From the NCBI GenBank assembly GCA_004022145.1, contig RCNU01000007.1: a stretch of DNA of 64,000 bases; one strand, 5' to 3'. Both the position numbers and the translations under genes were made by a program. The DNA is from Paecilomyces variotii (taxonomy: Eukaryota). Position 1 is the stretch's first letter. Each line of letters begins with the position of its first letter. The notes beneath the pieces are model-generated. The model ran no database searches, was not told the origin of the DNA, and worked only from the letters and a program-made list of their open reading frames with translations. Shown here in pieces: positions 23,546 to 39,459 of the stretch.

Positions 23546-24465
23546 CTACAGGTCACGGCGGGGAGGAGGATAATCGGGGCCACCGCGTCGCTGGTCGTAG
23601 TGCTGGTAAAGACCCGTTAGCAACTTTCTCTATTTAAGATAATAGGAGGATTGATAACATACCTTTCTGAGAGCCTCCAGGCGCTTCTTCTTGGTGTGAG
23701 TGTTGACATAAGTGCCGATGACGAAGCCGATCATATTGAAGAAGGGCACCCAGGCGTGTTCCGGCAGGAACTTCTGCGCGAAGGCGAGAGCGATCGGAGA
23801 AGTGCACCAGCTGACCTTCATGACCGGCATGAAACCGGCCTTGACAGTGGCACGAACCTGGTGAATCGTGCGGGCACCCGTAATGATGGCCAGCGACGAG
23901 AGATAGACTACGTTTTGGATGGGGGAGATCTGGGAGGTTTCTCGTCAGTCGATCTTGCACTCAATTGAAGTCAGAAGACCGGGAAGCACATACAACCAAG
24001 TTGCTGACAAGAATCTGTAAGATCTTGGCCTTCAGACTGGTCCTTCCAGCGAAGATCTTCTGTAGGATGCCGACGAGCAGATGGCCCAACGGCGCACTGA
24101 TGAAAGATCCGTAGAGGGCCATCTTAGGCACGCGCGAGCTGAAGTAATGGCCATGCTTGCTGATATCGTGGGCGATCCATGATGAGAGTAGTTCTTGTAC
24201 AGCCGACAGGAAACCGGAAGTGATCATCTTCGTGCGCAGCGGGTTCGACTGCAGCTGGCGCAGATAGGCCTGCAATCATCCATCTTGATTAGTACCTGCC
24301 CATCGTATCATCGTGAAGACGAGCAATTAAACATACCGCCAGATAGCCGTTGGGGGCATTGCCGCCTGTCAGACGCTCGCCGATTCTGTGCGCCAGGTGC
24401 TCCTTGTGGTGCTGGGGCGCCTGGGTCGCCAGACGGACGGTCTCTTCCTGGAACTTCACCGACAT
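23546..24465 (-). CDS. wscA: Peroxisomal membrane protein, PMP22/Mpv17 family; Woronin sorting complex (WSC/WscA)-like
   Basis: 4 exons: MSVKFQEE...NGYLA / AYLRQLQSNPLRTKMITSG...HGHYFSSRVPKMALYG...KILQILVSNLV / ISPIQNVVYL...AFAQKFLPEHAWVPFFN..IGTYVNTHTKKKRLEALRK / HYDQRRGGPDYPPPRRDL*. Matches my recollection of the fungal WSC sequence. Confidence 0.8.
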
Positions 24466-26068
24466 GTTGACTCTGTGGAGTTGCGGAGTCCGGCTTCAGG
24501 AGTGGGAATGCGGGGGATAAGGCTGGAGGATCTGATCAATGGCTGTCCACCACGACAGAGCACAAGGTCAGCAATGTGTCTTTATTCAAGAGTCTGAAGA
24601 TCGTGTTGCGCCGTGCGATGGGGGATGGGGGACTGTTTGTTTATGGGTTTATGATTGGCGCGGTCGGCTCCTCGGGGGGAAGCTCACGGCAAGGTTTCGA
24701 GTTACTGCGTCGCTTCGAACCCAGCCGGTTGCTAGGTCGCACTCACCAGGATGGACAGACGCCTCGCAGAAGGCTTGTTAGGCTCGAGGAAATGATAAAT
24801 GATAAAAGGGGTGACTGATGAGATTTAAGAGGGTTGAGACTGACTTGAGCTGAACAGGGTGCTCTGCGCGGCTGGGGTTAACTTCGAGATGCCGCCCGCA
24901 TTTGCCCCGAGTGGACGCCCACGCCAGAGACTGCACTGAGCTGGCGCCGGGTAGAATCCGACATGAATTATTATTGCGATACAGAAACCCTCCAGTAGTA
25001 TAGTTAAGTCTTGCTACACTTTCGAATCGATACTAGGATTAGGATAACCTAAGTTATTCTTTTTTAGTTACAGTACATACGTCCTGTACAGCAATTAACC
25101 TCCCTGCTGAGAGCAGAAACGGGGACTCTGCAAGTCATAACAACAACCGCAGCTGAGCCGGAGCTGGTTTCTCTCTCTGCGCACCTCACCAGCCAGTTCT
25201 GGCCCTTCTCCAGGTTCCAGCCTTTCCTGTCGGGGAATAATTAATGAACACTGGAGTTTCTTAGCGGGCGTTGGTGGGGGTTTGGTTGGCTGGTCCATGT
25301 GGCTCTCTCTCCTGACAGTTCCGACTGGCGGTGCAGGAGAGATCATACCCGATGTAAGATTTAATTGCTTGCTCTACTCGGCGGTGTATCTAGTTACCCC
25401 AGATCTGGTGGATCAGGTTGAGCTCAGGAACTATAAAAGTGGCATGTTCCAAGCACCAGCCGCTTTGGATATGCTTACAGTTTATGCCTCAGGTCCCACG
25501 TCTTCAGACAGTTTGCTCCAGGTTCTACTCAAGTATTACTTATCGATCAAGCAAACTGACAACTTGACTACTTAGTAGTGCACACAGTACAGTACATGCG
25601 CATCTTCTTAACAACATGAAAATTGTTGCAGTGGCAAGCGCTATGCGTTGTCCTTTATTAGATGGGTCTTGTAAAGCAAGAATATCCCTTCCTATTCAGC
25701 GGCTTTCTTGATGTTTGTTTCTTTGTATGTATGACAGAGGCCCCAGGGCGTCGAGCAAGCTCTCCATTGCTGGATCCCGCCCAACAGGACGACTGCCTAT
25801 GTGCGAATTCTTCCTCAAAATAACCGGTGGTCACGCACCACAGTCCATCTTGGACAAACAGAAACAGTAACTATTGCTCCTCCTCATCTTCTTATTATTA
25901 TGCGTGGATTCCAACTCTTGAACCACGGTACTCATTGCCTTGGAACCCCTGCTACCTTCCCGCTCATAGATGGATGAGGATGAAATTGCATCAGTGCAGA
26001 AGTCTGTCCTCTGATGCGATTCTCGTCTCTACTGAGAGAATCACTCTCTCATAGTGCTTCCCCGGACG

Positions 26069-27523
26069 ATGGGCAACAAGCAACGTGAGACTCTGGCTCA
26101 GCCAGCGGCTACGCTCCTGCCCATCATGGCTACAAGATCACGTCCCCATTCTCCCTATCATGACCGTGCCAGGACTGGAACAGAATCACTACCTAATTTG
26201 AATTCTCCTCGCCTGACCTCCATCTCTGATGCTCCAGACACCCTACCAAGACACTTGGAGTATCCTTCTGGCTGGCTGTCGAGCAGATTCGGCAGCGATC
26301 CCCTTCCACCTATCCGACCAGCAGCTGTACCTGCAAGCGTGCAACATCCCGCTTGCACGCATTGTACTATGACGCGCAAATTCGACGATGACAGCAACGA
26401 GACCTGCGACATATGCCACCGCAAGTCCGCCTTCGGGTGGCTCTACGTTTGTACAGAGGACCACGATGGTTTCATCCCGGCAGATAACGAATACTCGTCT
26501 ACTCTATGCCGCGAGAGTTGTGATTCCGATACGGCAGGTGAGATATCTCTCAGTCCCTGGATAAAGAAGGCCATCGAGCACGGCCAGTATACAACAGACC
26601 AAATCGAGATCCTGAAGCTGCAGAGAGCCAAAGTCGAAGAGGCTGTCTCAATTGCCAGGAATCCCACCCCTACTTCCTCAGTCACCCATATTTCTGAATC
26701 ATCCTACATAGAAGACACAGACGATGAAGCGTGGACTGAGACTGTAGAAGATACCAGCCAACCCGATACCGAATCAGAGCCAGAAGATAGCATGCCCGGT
26801 ATCTCTGGCCCGCAGGTTGATCACATCAGACCACGAGCACATCCTGTCTGTCGACTTATGTGCTGCCACGCTTGTCGTCCAGCCTGCCGTGACCGTTCAT
26901 GGGCGAGTCTCAATGCTGTTTGCAATGAAACACACGTGAAGCCGCCTCCGCCATGGGACGTCTCGAACAGACGAGTCTCAAATACCAATGTCGTGCGGCA
27001 CTTAGGTCTCGATAAAGCAGAGAGCAATGGTCCACTGCCGTCGGACGGATCACCTAGATCCAATGAATCGTTGAAACAGAATAATTCTCATGGTCGCGGA
27101 GCCACGAATACAGAACACACCAACGAGAAATTGCTAGCTGTTACGCCGTCTGCACGCGGCAAATTCGAGAAAATTAGACGATCAACAGAGAAGAAAGCGA
27201 GCCGCCAAGGTGGAAGGTCGCAGATCCAGTCGACAGATCCAGTTGCTCCGGGATCAGCCAGACGAGGGATCGACCTTATCAGAAAGAACAGACCTCTAAG
27301 GTCAACCTCAGATCAACAGCCCACTGCTTCCGGAGGGGAGCCTACGGATATAGGACATAATGCTGAGTTACAGACTGGACCAACCTCCAGCAAAAGCCGC
27401 CGTCCCAGTCTCGACTCTGAATCCGACAGCGAAGTCGATGTGCCCGGCGGAGTCGCGTTGACGGAGGAAGGAGTAACTACCGAAAAGGCAGATTTGGTCA
27501 CGGATAAGGAGCTAGACGTTTAG
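26069..27523 (+). CDS. Uncharacterised fungal protein with two Cys/His clusters (putative zinc-binding)
   Basis: Long ORF with CTHCTM...CDICHRKSAFGWLYVCTEDH and CRLMCCHACRPACRDR...C. Start uncertain. Confidence 0.75.
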   Translation: MGNKQRETLAQPAATLLPIMATRSRPHSPYHDRARTGTESLPNLNSPRLTSISDAPDTLPRHLEYPSGWLSSRFGSDPLPPIRPAAVPASVQHPACTHCTMTRKFDDDSNETCDICHRKSAFGWLYVCTEDHDGFIPADNEYSSTLCRESCDSDTAGEISLSPWIKKAIEHGQYTTDQIEILKLQRAKVEEAVSIARNPTPTSSVTHISESSYIEDTDDEAWTETVEDTSQPDTESEPEDSMPGISGPQVDHIRPRAHPVCRLMCCHACRPACRDRSWASLNAVCNETHVKPPPPWDVSNRRVSNTNVVRHLGLDKAESNGPLPSDGSPRSNESLKQNNSHGRGATNTEHTNEKLLAVTPSARGKFEKIRRSTEKKASRQGGRSQIQSTDPVAPGSARRGIDLIRKNRPLRSTSDQQPTASGGEPTDIGHNAELQTGPTSSKSRRPSLDSESDSEVDVPGGVALTEEGVTTEKADLVTDKELDV

Positions 27524-27852
27524 ATGATGGCGGGTCCCATTTATCGTATGGCAAACATCCCGACATATGAATTATGTACTACTGGCCATCATTGTATTGT
27601 CTGCGAAGGTGAGGGGAAGAGACCGGGTTACTGTTCAATCATTTCTAGTTTCTGATACCAAGTGATACCAATTGACTTCTATGTTCTGAAGCTGGAACTG
27701 CCTTTCTACTGTTGATGACTGCTATGAAAACACATTAGTTCTTGCACAAATAGTCCCCTGTACGTAGTAGAATTGTAGCATAGTAGAAAAAGTATTACTA
27801 GTACTACTACAACCACACGTGACGTCAGGACGGGTGTTTTCCCCAGGCCGAG

Positions 27853-27858
27853 CCTCGG
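27853..27858 (+). promoter_or_regulatory. CCTCGG (FarA/FarB-type fatty-acid response core) within palindrome gccgag-c-ctcggc upstream of pex11-like gene
   Basis: About 120 bp upstream of ATG 27976. A second CCTCGG at 24670-24675 lies upstream of wsc. Hexamers are common by chance. Confidence 0.35.
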
Positions 27859-27975
27859 CTCCGTTTCACCGGTTAATCAAATGCAGCGCCGATGCGACTC
27901 TAGCTTAGATAAATCGATACGGGCGCGATTGGAATCACTCCATCCCGCAAAGTGCTTGATTTCTGATATGCCACC

Positions 27976-29043
27976 ATGGTGGATTCAGCGGAACCCCTAG
28001 AGCGTCTGGATGGAACTCCTGATACTCAAGCAGACCATGCGGGGAAGTCAAATCACCCCGCGGGGGAATCTAAACATTCGGCGCTATCAGGCGCAGCAAC
28101 GGCACGGCAGCAAGTGGTCAAGGTGCTGTCCCAGACAGACACAACTATTGAGCGGATCAATACGTGAGTCGATCTTCCGTGGACCTATCTTCAGCTGAAC
28201 GATGATCGTTTCTTGCAAGTATAACCTGTTGACGCTGTGATATGTAGTCTACTATCCACCTCCGGAGGCCAAGAGAGCGTTCTCGCTTCAATAAACTATT
28301 CTTCGCATGCTCTACATTACCTTCTTTTTTCTGCCCCTTCTGTTGCACTGAGGAATCATTTGCGACTTCTTTTGTGGCGGAAATTCAACCGCAACCATGC
28401 TGTCGCTTCATCGGAATCGAAAACATCCTCACCATCCTCATCCCCTCTTCTCGCCCTGTCCTCTCTGATGTCCGAAACCCGATACAACCTGCGATTATTC
28501 GGTCTGATACCTCTCTGGGCCTGGGGCTCGGCAGTCCTCAAAGCTCCTCCCTCTGACCCTGTCCTCCGTGCTGTGGCCTTCCTCCAGGTCTTCGTGAACG
28601 TGGTTTATCAGGCGCTGGAGAACGTCGCATACCTTGCTTCCAAGGGCATCTTTCCAAAGAGCTTTGTGGAGCGGCGCGGTGGAATCGACAAGTGGTATAT
28701 ATGGAGTACACGTGCATGGCTGGGCCATGTGCTGCTGGAATTTGTTCGGCTGGGAAGAGAGACGGTTTTGAGGAAGGCGAAATACGCAGAATTGGAGAAA
28801 GCCAAGACTGAACTGGATGACAAGGCAGCGCTAGCAGCTGTGATGCAGCAGGAAGAGACTCGCAGGCAGGAAATCAGAGCATTCCGCAAGAGTCTCGTGA
28901 ACAACCTTGCCTGGGCACCGCTGTGTATCCACTGGAGCGTGGAACAGGGAATTGGCATCCCACCCAGCTTGACTGGATTCATAAGTTTCATCGCTGGTGC
29001 TTGGGGCCTGTACGATCGGTGGCAGGCGACAGCACACACATAA
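27976..29043 (+). CDS. PEX11-family peroxisomal membrane protein
   Basis: Exons 27976-28163 and 28248-29043. Motifs LLSTSGGQESVLASINY, ETRYNLRLFGLIPLW, YQALENVAYLASKG, WYIWSTRAWLGHVLLEF, NLAWAPLCIHWS. Confidence 0.8.
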
Positions 29044-29366
29044 GCCCTTCCGTGGTTTGTAGGCTGGTTCCTCAATTTTACGTTCCTGATTCCAGGATGA
29101 CGATTATTATGGTCCGAAAAGACCGTTTACGCTTGCAGTCAAATCAGTCATTCTTTGATGGATGTCTGTGTTTTGCTTATATCATACCCACTTTCTCTTC
29201 TTGCTGATGTGCTGGTCAGGATCATAGATTCATAGAGTTATAGACCTTTTCTGTCGAATGTGGAACATTGGGCCCTGGTATCTCTCGTACCCAGCTGCGT
29301 TTGTCCTCATAATTCGCTGCAAATATTACAATTAAATTCAATTGCTAACAATATAAACAACCCTCC

Positions 29367-30620
29367 TTAATTATCAAGCGCACAACTCGCCGCATCCACA
29401 TAATTATCCACCGGCGCATCATCCTTCACAACCTTCCAAATAGCATCAATTCTCTTAACCACCCACTCCTCCAACGGACCCTCCCTAACCGCCTCCAACA
29501 TCTCCCTCAACTGCTCCGGCCTCCTCGCACCCATAATCATCCCGTCCGCAAACCTCTCCCCATCCAGCGCCGAATGAAACGCCACCCACCGATTCGCCAA
29601 CGCAGCCTTACTAATCCCAGCTTCCTTCGAAATCGCATCCCACTCCCCCAAAATACCCTTCAAAGCGGGCCTATTATACATTATATCATACATCTGCCCA
29701 ATAGCCGTCGAGGTATCAAACCGTCCGCCCTTATCTGCCGCAGCACGAGCCATGTCCTCGGGGGATTTGGCTAGAAACCCACCCGCGAGGGGCGAGTAGG
29801 CGCGGAAGGATATGCGCAGTTTTCTGAGAAGGGGAAAAAGTTCGGTTTCGGAGTGCCGGGCGATGGGGTTATAGTTGCCTTCGTAGATGGTGGGGAGGAT
29901 GTAGGATTTTGAAGAGGCGTAGGTGTATAAGGAGGTGAGTTCTTGGGTGGTGAAATTGGATATGCCGAACTTTTGGGAGCGTGGGTTTGTTTAGTTAAGG
30001 TTTTTTGTTTGAAGGGGTTTCGAGGGGTCTGATAATATATGGGTTTTATGGTATAGGGGATGATTGATAACTTACGCGTTTGAACTTTCCTGCTTCATAG
30101 AGCTCTTGGATCGTATCCATGATTTCTGATACGGGCGTTACAGGGTCGGGACTGTGGAGGTAGTATGTATCGACCTGTCCGGTTCATTCTTAATAAACCG
30201 AAGCAAAAAGGAAAAACATCAGGAAAAGGTCAAAAAAAGGAAAGAAAAGACGTACGCAATCAACCTTCAAATCCCGCAACGACTTCTCCATCCCCGCAAG
30301 GAGATTCTCCCTCTTCAATTTCCCAGGCCGGAACCCAGGCGCCTTTGTATGAATGGTGAATCTCCCTGGAGCGTCTAGTTCTCCTAGGATTTTCTCTGAA
30401 TCTACCTGCAAGATGTGTTAGTTTAGTTTATATTCGTACGTTTGGCTCTTCTACGAGCCGTCAAGAGGAGGTATGTATGTGTAACACTCACGTAGCTATA
30501 TGCTGTATCAATAGCCTTGACATCGTATTCTTCAAGTAATTTCAGAAATTCTTCACGTATCTCTGGGGTGTATGTGTTCATGGTGAAAGCCCCGAATATG
30601 AGTTCGATTGGGGGAGACAT
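29367..30620 (-). CDS. Aldo-keto reductase, AKR7/aflatoxin B1-aldehyde reductase-like
   Basis: 4 exons reconstruct IDTAYSY, SEKILG, IHTKAPGF, VDTYYLHSPD, GKFKRFGISNF, PTIYEGNYNPIARHSETELFPLLRKL, YSPLAGGFL. The D-Y-K-H tetrad is present. Confidence 0.88.
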
Positions 30621-32463
30621 TGTGGTTGTTTCTAGAGGGGGGCACTTGTCCCCTTGAAGATTAGGAGGTAGGTAGGTTAACTATAGACGGAATGTGAATT
30701 CTCGAAGAGTAATAATCTATGAAGGGTAGTTATAGGTCTCGGTATATATTATTATTCTTCATATATCCAGGGGAGTAGATCTCGGGTCGGAAATACCCCC
30801 CCCTTTTCATTAGCTGCTACACTGGTGATTTAGAACCTGATCTCTGTGTCTATTAAGTGATTCGGCCGAGGTGCGACTTTTCCAGACATGTCTGTATCAG
30901 CGCGTCTAAGAGATCTAGGAAATCCTATATAATTCTTTGCTAGTAGCATAGTTAACGCACAACGATCATATTTCTATTATAGTGATAATGATATCCCTAT
31001 TACCATACAGGATCCGAATTGCGTGTCGTTGTAAAGTTCACCACACTGGCCCCGCCGAATATTGAAACCCCAGACGGGCCCCGCTAACTACCACCTGCAC
31101 TACTATATTAGATCTAACATGTACCGTCGTTAGAGAGTATCAGATGTGGGGAGCTCTGGGGAAGAGGAGAGGCAGGCGCCACACTCCACTGTGGGTGATG
31201 AAAAAGAGAATGTTCTGGCTCGGAATATGGGATAGACTATATTGAGTACCTAGGTAGTTAGAACCATCCCATGTTTGCTGGATTGCCTGAGGTGGTGGTC
31301 CTGTTTGGGTTGTTGGGGAAGCGGTTAGACTTTGATTGCTTTACTTGTGAGCAAACATATCCAAGGTATTAACTAGCATGGTAAAGTTGTCAATATTAAG
31401 GGAGTTTGTTTTACCAATTCTCAGGAGCAGTGCGGCAAGCCACGCTGCAAAGATGTCGTGCTGCGTGTGAAGAAAAAAAAGAACATGCAGTTTAATGAGT
31501 AGCAAACTTCTCAGGCCGGATGGGGCATCGAAAGAGGGCATTCATATGCCTCATGCCACCCGTTCTCGGATATAAATAGGTGGATTTCGTTTGATTTTTA
31601 GATACCTAGGCTCGGATACGGCCAACTCCCATTTGAGATTTCGATTGCGACATGCTTATATATATACTGAAGCACAGAGACAAGCAAAATTCCCAGTTTC
31701 GTTCAACAATAAGTTACTATAAAATTATGTCAAATTATTATAAAGCGCGTTTCTGCAATGACAATGGATCAGCCGTGGAAGATTACCACGGTGGAGATTA
31801 CAGCTAATCCAATCCATTGAGTGAAGTAGGTCCCCTCTGCCAATTTGGCCGCTTGAAGTTGCTTCCTTTATTAACCATAAACCATCTAGCTTATATTATC
31901 TCGGAGACTTCCTACCGGGTGGGATTCTCCTCACCTTTGTCTCCGCAAGCTCATGATGGTTGTTGTGATGGCCCTTGCTATCAGATTTGCCGAAGATGGA
32001 CGAGCCCAGTTTCTCCTGCCATTCAGGTCGGTCGTACTAGATGAACGCGGGATGTGCAGAAACCCATGGGGGTAAAAATAGCCCGAGCTTGCTAGGGAAT
32101 CATGGCATCTGGCAGTTTCAGCCTGCTAAGATGTTGTTTGTCTCGTTGTATGGAGCCCTGGTCGGCTCTATGACGAGTATGATAACAATAAGGAAGCTCC
32201 CTGTGGGTAGGAGATCTCCAAGAATTTTATCTAACAACAAAGCATTGTCGCGTGAAAGAGAAGTAGTCATACAATGACTTCTTCACACACAATGGATTCC
32301 TCACGGACTCTTAAAGGCACAGGGAGGCCTATCATTCCGTTCCTGCACTTTCGATATATTTATTCATTCGAAGAACCACAGTATTGAAAGATATATAATG
32401 CACCGAGTCTTGTCTTGTCTTTGCTTTCCCCCTAGTATATCAGACGATTCGCACTCCGATACT

Positions 32464-34128
32464 ATGCCAGAGGATACCGAGACGCGGGACGCTAGCGATC
32501 ACGGCAGTCATGAAAGTCATGGTGATAACGCTAGCATTGAGCCTGTGGAAGACGAGGAATCAGCTGATTCTCAGGGAGAGTCCAGGTACGTATATTCTCG
32601 GATATGTTAACACCTTCCACAAACTTTGCAACTAACAGGACAAAGACAAACGCAAAGCACCTTCTTCTCCCTGCCATTGGAGATCCGCCAGAGAATATAC
32701 TCTGACTTGTTGAGCCGCCACAAGAACAGAGAAAGGACCCCAAATATAAACTGGGAAATAACCCGGTTCGGCCGCGAGTGTGGCTGCTGGGAAGGCGGGA
32801 CATGGGACTGTGGGAGAAATCTTCGGCGCCTGCTCGATGGCGACTATAACAGGCATGTCAGACTCGCTCCCGCTTGGACAGTCAGATACCGCCTCAGCGT
32901 ACAGATCCTCAGAACCTGTATGCGGGTCTATGAGGAAGCGCGAGAGTTTCTATACGAAAGGAATCAGTGGATAGACGTTAGCTTCTGCTCGAATGCGCTA
33001 CGTCAAGCGATATGTTTACTTGGAATTCGACCGGTCACCAGGCATACTCCAGTCTTCAGACAACCCAACAAATTCGCCTCAACTGTTTTCAAACTTCACA
33101 TATGCCCTGCCCATTCTCGCTGTCGTCAGAGTTTCCTCAGCATGCGCACTGTCTTCTTAGTAGGTCTAGATGATCTGTCTGACCTTGTTCCTTGCATCAC
33201 CAACTGCGTGTATAACGGTATCGAGCCATTATCCAGGCTTGGTATGCGATTCTTTCCAAACAATATATGGCCCCGTGGAGCAGGAAGAGAGTTGACTGAA
33301 AAAGAATTCCAAGTTCGAGTCCTCGGCGTCCTGAGCCGTATCAGGATGACACCTCATCCTAGGCTTCAAGGGCCTCTACCGGAGATAGACAGATGGGCGG
33401 AATATACATTGGATTATGTGGAACCAAATAAACTCGAAAGACGATTCGCTTCAAAACTAACCAGATACATGCCTGTTCATGAGTTCCTCGTATACTTCAC
33501 GAAGAGAATGACCAGCTACGTGACATACCGCTGGGATCCAAGGTTCGAATCAGAAGAGGACAATGTACGCGATCTCGCCTTCCAGTGGTATAATGGCTTT
33601 CTGCGGTACAACGAACAGATAAACTCCGTGTCACGTTATTGCAGGAGAGCTCGAACCATCACTGTACAGCTTCAATTGCGCTATCAGATCGTTCAGCTCC
33701 ACCGCGGGACCTACTGTCGTCACACCAACGCTCTCCAACATTTACTGGACGAGGGAGAGCTGAAAGAGAATCAACGGATTATTCAACACTTCTGGACCGG
33801 GGCAGAGTGGTGCCTGGGCGAGCTAGAGTGGGAGCCCTCATCAACGGAGTACCAGCTCATTTTGAACATTGGATGGTTATTCACGTGGAACCATATTCCG
33901 TCGTGGTGGGATGAGCTATGGGAATTCGTCAATTCAGAAGACTTCAGCCATGAGCGTGCGCGATATTATCTCTCCATGAACGCTTCTAGGATATCTAAGA
34001 TGGGTGACTATGGCAGCTCCAGTGGTTGCAGAGACCCAGAAGGTCTGAGCAGGGAAGTCGAGAAGGCTCTTGCTCAGTTCTATAGTGATCCAGAATCGCC
34101 CAACCTGACAATTGAGGGGAATATATGA
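32464..34128 (+). CDS. Uncharacterised protein with N-terminal F-box-like motif
   Basis: 500-aa ORF with FFSLPLEIRQRIYSDLL and ILRTCMRVYEEAREFLYERN. Probable acidic first exon 32464-32585; frame is kept if the AAG acceptor at 32645 is used. Confidence 0.7.
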
Positions 34129-34555
34129 CTGTTTTCGGTCCTTCTAAAGATAGTTATGGATTATTTGCATTACGTTCGTCCCTCTTACACGCACTCAATA
34201 TAGCTCTTGGTACTAGATTCTAAACCGAAAATAGCTCTAGATGATACTAGTACAGAATGAAGTCGAATAGAGACCATAACCAAGACAAATAAACAAAACA
34301 GAGGTATCATAATGCATAAAGTTGAAGGATTCTAAGAAAAAAAAAAACATGAAAACAAGACTCCAGGCGCCGATTTTCGCGATTGTGTTCTGAAATGGCT
34401 GAAAATAGGCCCGTTTCAGGTCTCCTTCTGCTCTATTGTGGTGAACAAGAAAGGTAGTCAGTGTCTCATAACCCAAACGCGGAGGTCGTTAGTAACTCAT
34501 GCGACCAGATAATAGAGGAGCACATACATATCAACTCGACGAGGGACGATCAAAT

Positions 34556-35251
34556 CTACATCTCTGGAATATCCTCCAGCGACGAGCGAATCCGGTTACG
34601 ATTCCTCCCGGGACTCAAACGTTGCTCTGGTGAAACGTGCAAATCAGACATTTCCTCAACCTGATCAGCAGAGGAAAACTGTGCCTCAGCCTCAACGGCC
34701 ATTTGTGAGCGCCATATATGGTCATAAAAGGCGCTGTCCAAGAAAGCGTCAACGGACCAAGACGTCTTTTCCAACGGAGTCACGTCTTCAGCGGACGAGT
34801 TCCACAGGAACGTGCCAACTCCATCAACTGTGCGCACACTCCGCGTATATTCGTCGTCCCACTGCCATATATCGACCTGCACGCTGCATAGGTCCGTTAG
34901 ACCTGCTTCGAAGTGGTATATCAAATTCCGTTGTTCATTGTTCAAGTTGAATATCAGCATTCCTTGGACCACGGACCGTGGATCTGTGGAACGGATGATG
35001 ACTGGCGGGCTTGAATCTGCAAATGTACAGAGTCTATAGCCATGGAGAGTTGCTTGGGTCATGTTCTTGGAGATATCAACCTGTTGGCCCATGTGGATAT
35101 GGTATTTCAGGACGGTGGGGATCATCAGTGGGCCATAGACGAAACGTGGGCCGCAGTCTGCCTTGCTCAAGAAATGGTCCACTTCACTGACAGTCAGGAT
35201 ATTTCCCAGAGCATGACGATAGTCAGCTGGATACCAGGGTTTCGGCTCCAT
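34556..35251 (-). CDS. AIG2-like / gamma-glutamylcyclotransferase-fold protein
   Basis: FVYGPLMIPTVL, MTQATLHGY, VVQGMLIFNL...IYHFEAG fit the GGCT/AIG2 fold motifs. Confidence 0.75.
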   Translation of the reverse strand: MEPKPWYPADYRHALGNILTVSEVDHFLSKADCGPRFVYGPLMIPTVLKYHIHMGQQVDISKNMTQATLHGYRLCTFADSSPPVIIRSTDPRSVVQGMLIFNLNNEQRNLIYHFEAGLTDLCSVQVDIWQWDDEYTRSVRTVDGVGTFLWNSSAEDVTPLEKTSWSVDAFLDSAFYDHIWRSQMAVEAEAQFSSADQVEEMSDLHVSPEQRLSPGRNRNRIRSSLEDIPEM

Positions 35252-36702
35252 CTGGTAAATGATTTTCGGATAGATAAATGAGGATTGTATCTGGAACCAG
35301 GGACTTTCTTGGGTAATGTATGATATGTTGGGTATGCTAAGTGGAAGCGAAGGAATCTCTTCAAATAAAGGGTAGATATACTAAGGTGCACACACAGATT
35401 TCATGAAAGGACCATGTATATGCGTCAGTGTCTCCATGACGATTGTATAAACGACATATAGTTTGTGTATGTCGTTTGCTAGAATCCTTCACAGGATACA
35501 GGTTCTGCAGGTAATTCTGACATTGTATATAAAGAGGAACAAATGATTGATATGTTCTCTATATGCTGGTAGGGGTATATAAAACTCAATATAGAAGATA
35601 TAAAGAAGAATATTCAACCTCTGACGGTGGCTTCCTTCTGAAGGAAGCACAGGAGATTTTATGGGTGTCATGGATGAATAGGCAGGAACAATAACAAGGT
35701 ACATACATCCAATGAATACTGTTTTCCAACAGTGATATGCATCCTACAGTGATATCTTGGGGCAGTCTACAGGGCGATTCCCCTCCTGAGGGATTTGCAG
35801 TGCCCATCTAAGTGTAGGCACCAGCCAGGACTGGAGCCTCATGCCCTGTGAATGGGTATGTGCACTACCAACAGACAACAGACATCACTCAGCTTCAGTC
35901 ATGGCAGCAGAGTACTCGTTCCAGCAGATCTGGCAGCATCAGATTGTAAGAATTTCAACTACATATAGCTACGATGCGATAATAAGAGTATATATGACAA
36001 GATGGTCAAAGCAGACTGGAAGCGGGCCTGGTCCGAGCTGCCCTTCCGCACGTAAGGGACCCATGGCGGCGCGACTCCAGTTGGCGGGAAGAGCTAGAGT
36101 AAAGGAGCTTGGGTTTGCCCCCGCAGCGAAGTTGCTCCGAACCGCTCGAAGGATCCTTAGGAGACAGCCCATATCTACCATACCGTAGGCAACAGAGGAT
36201 GTCGTAGTACAGTACAATAAGGTACTCAGTTAGCTGCTCACTAAGATCACTAAAGATCACTAAGAATCGAGCGGCTTCCACAGGCTTCTTTTATGCAGCT
36301 GGGCGGGCAGTGGCGGCAAAATGATTACATAGGCTGAGCCTGTCAGACCGCCTGCGGACAGCTCAGCACACGCCGCACAGCGCCTCTGCCCTTTTGCTAA
36401 GTCATCAGTCAACCGCCGCGTCTATCGTCACCTCATAACTGGAGCTGTCTCTGCCAACCTCCAGACCTCCTCCAACTCTCCATCTGTCATCTCTCTACCC
36501 CCCCTCTACATCCCACCCCAGGCATCTCTGCTTTCCTGCGAGATCCTGTCTCTTCTTTACCTGTTCGTCTCCTTTCAGACTGTTCCTTTTTCCCTCCGTC
36601 TCTTTCCCCTTCGTTGTCATTTAGTGACGTTCCCCGGCATTTCAGCCTGCGTCGCTCTCGCAGCTTGAGATACGTATAGCACAGTCTACAGCGTCGCTCA
36701 AG

Positions 36703-39459
<2,757 letters not shown>

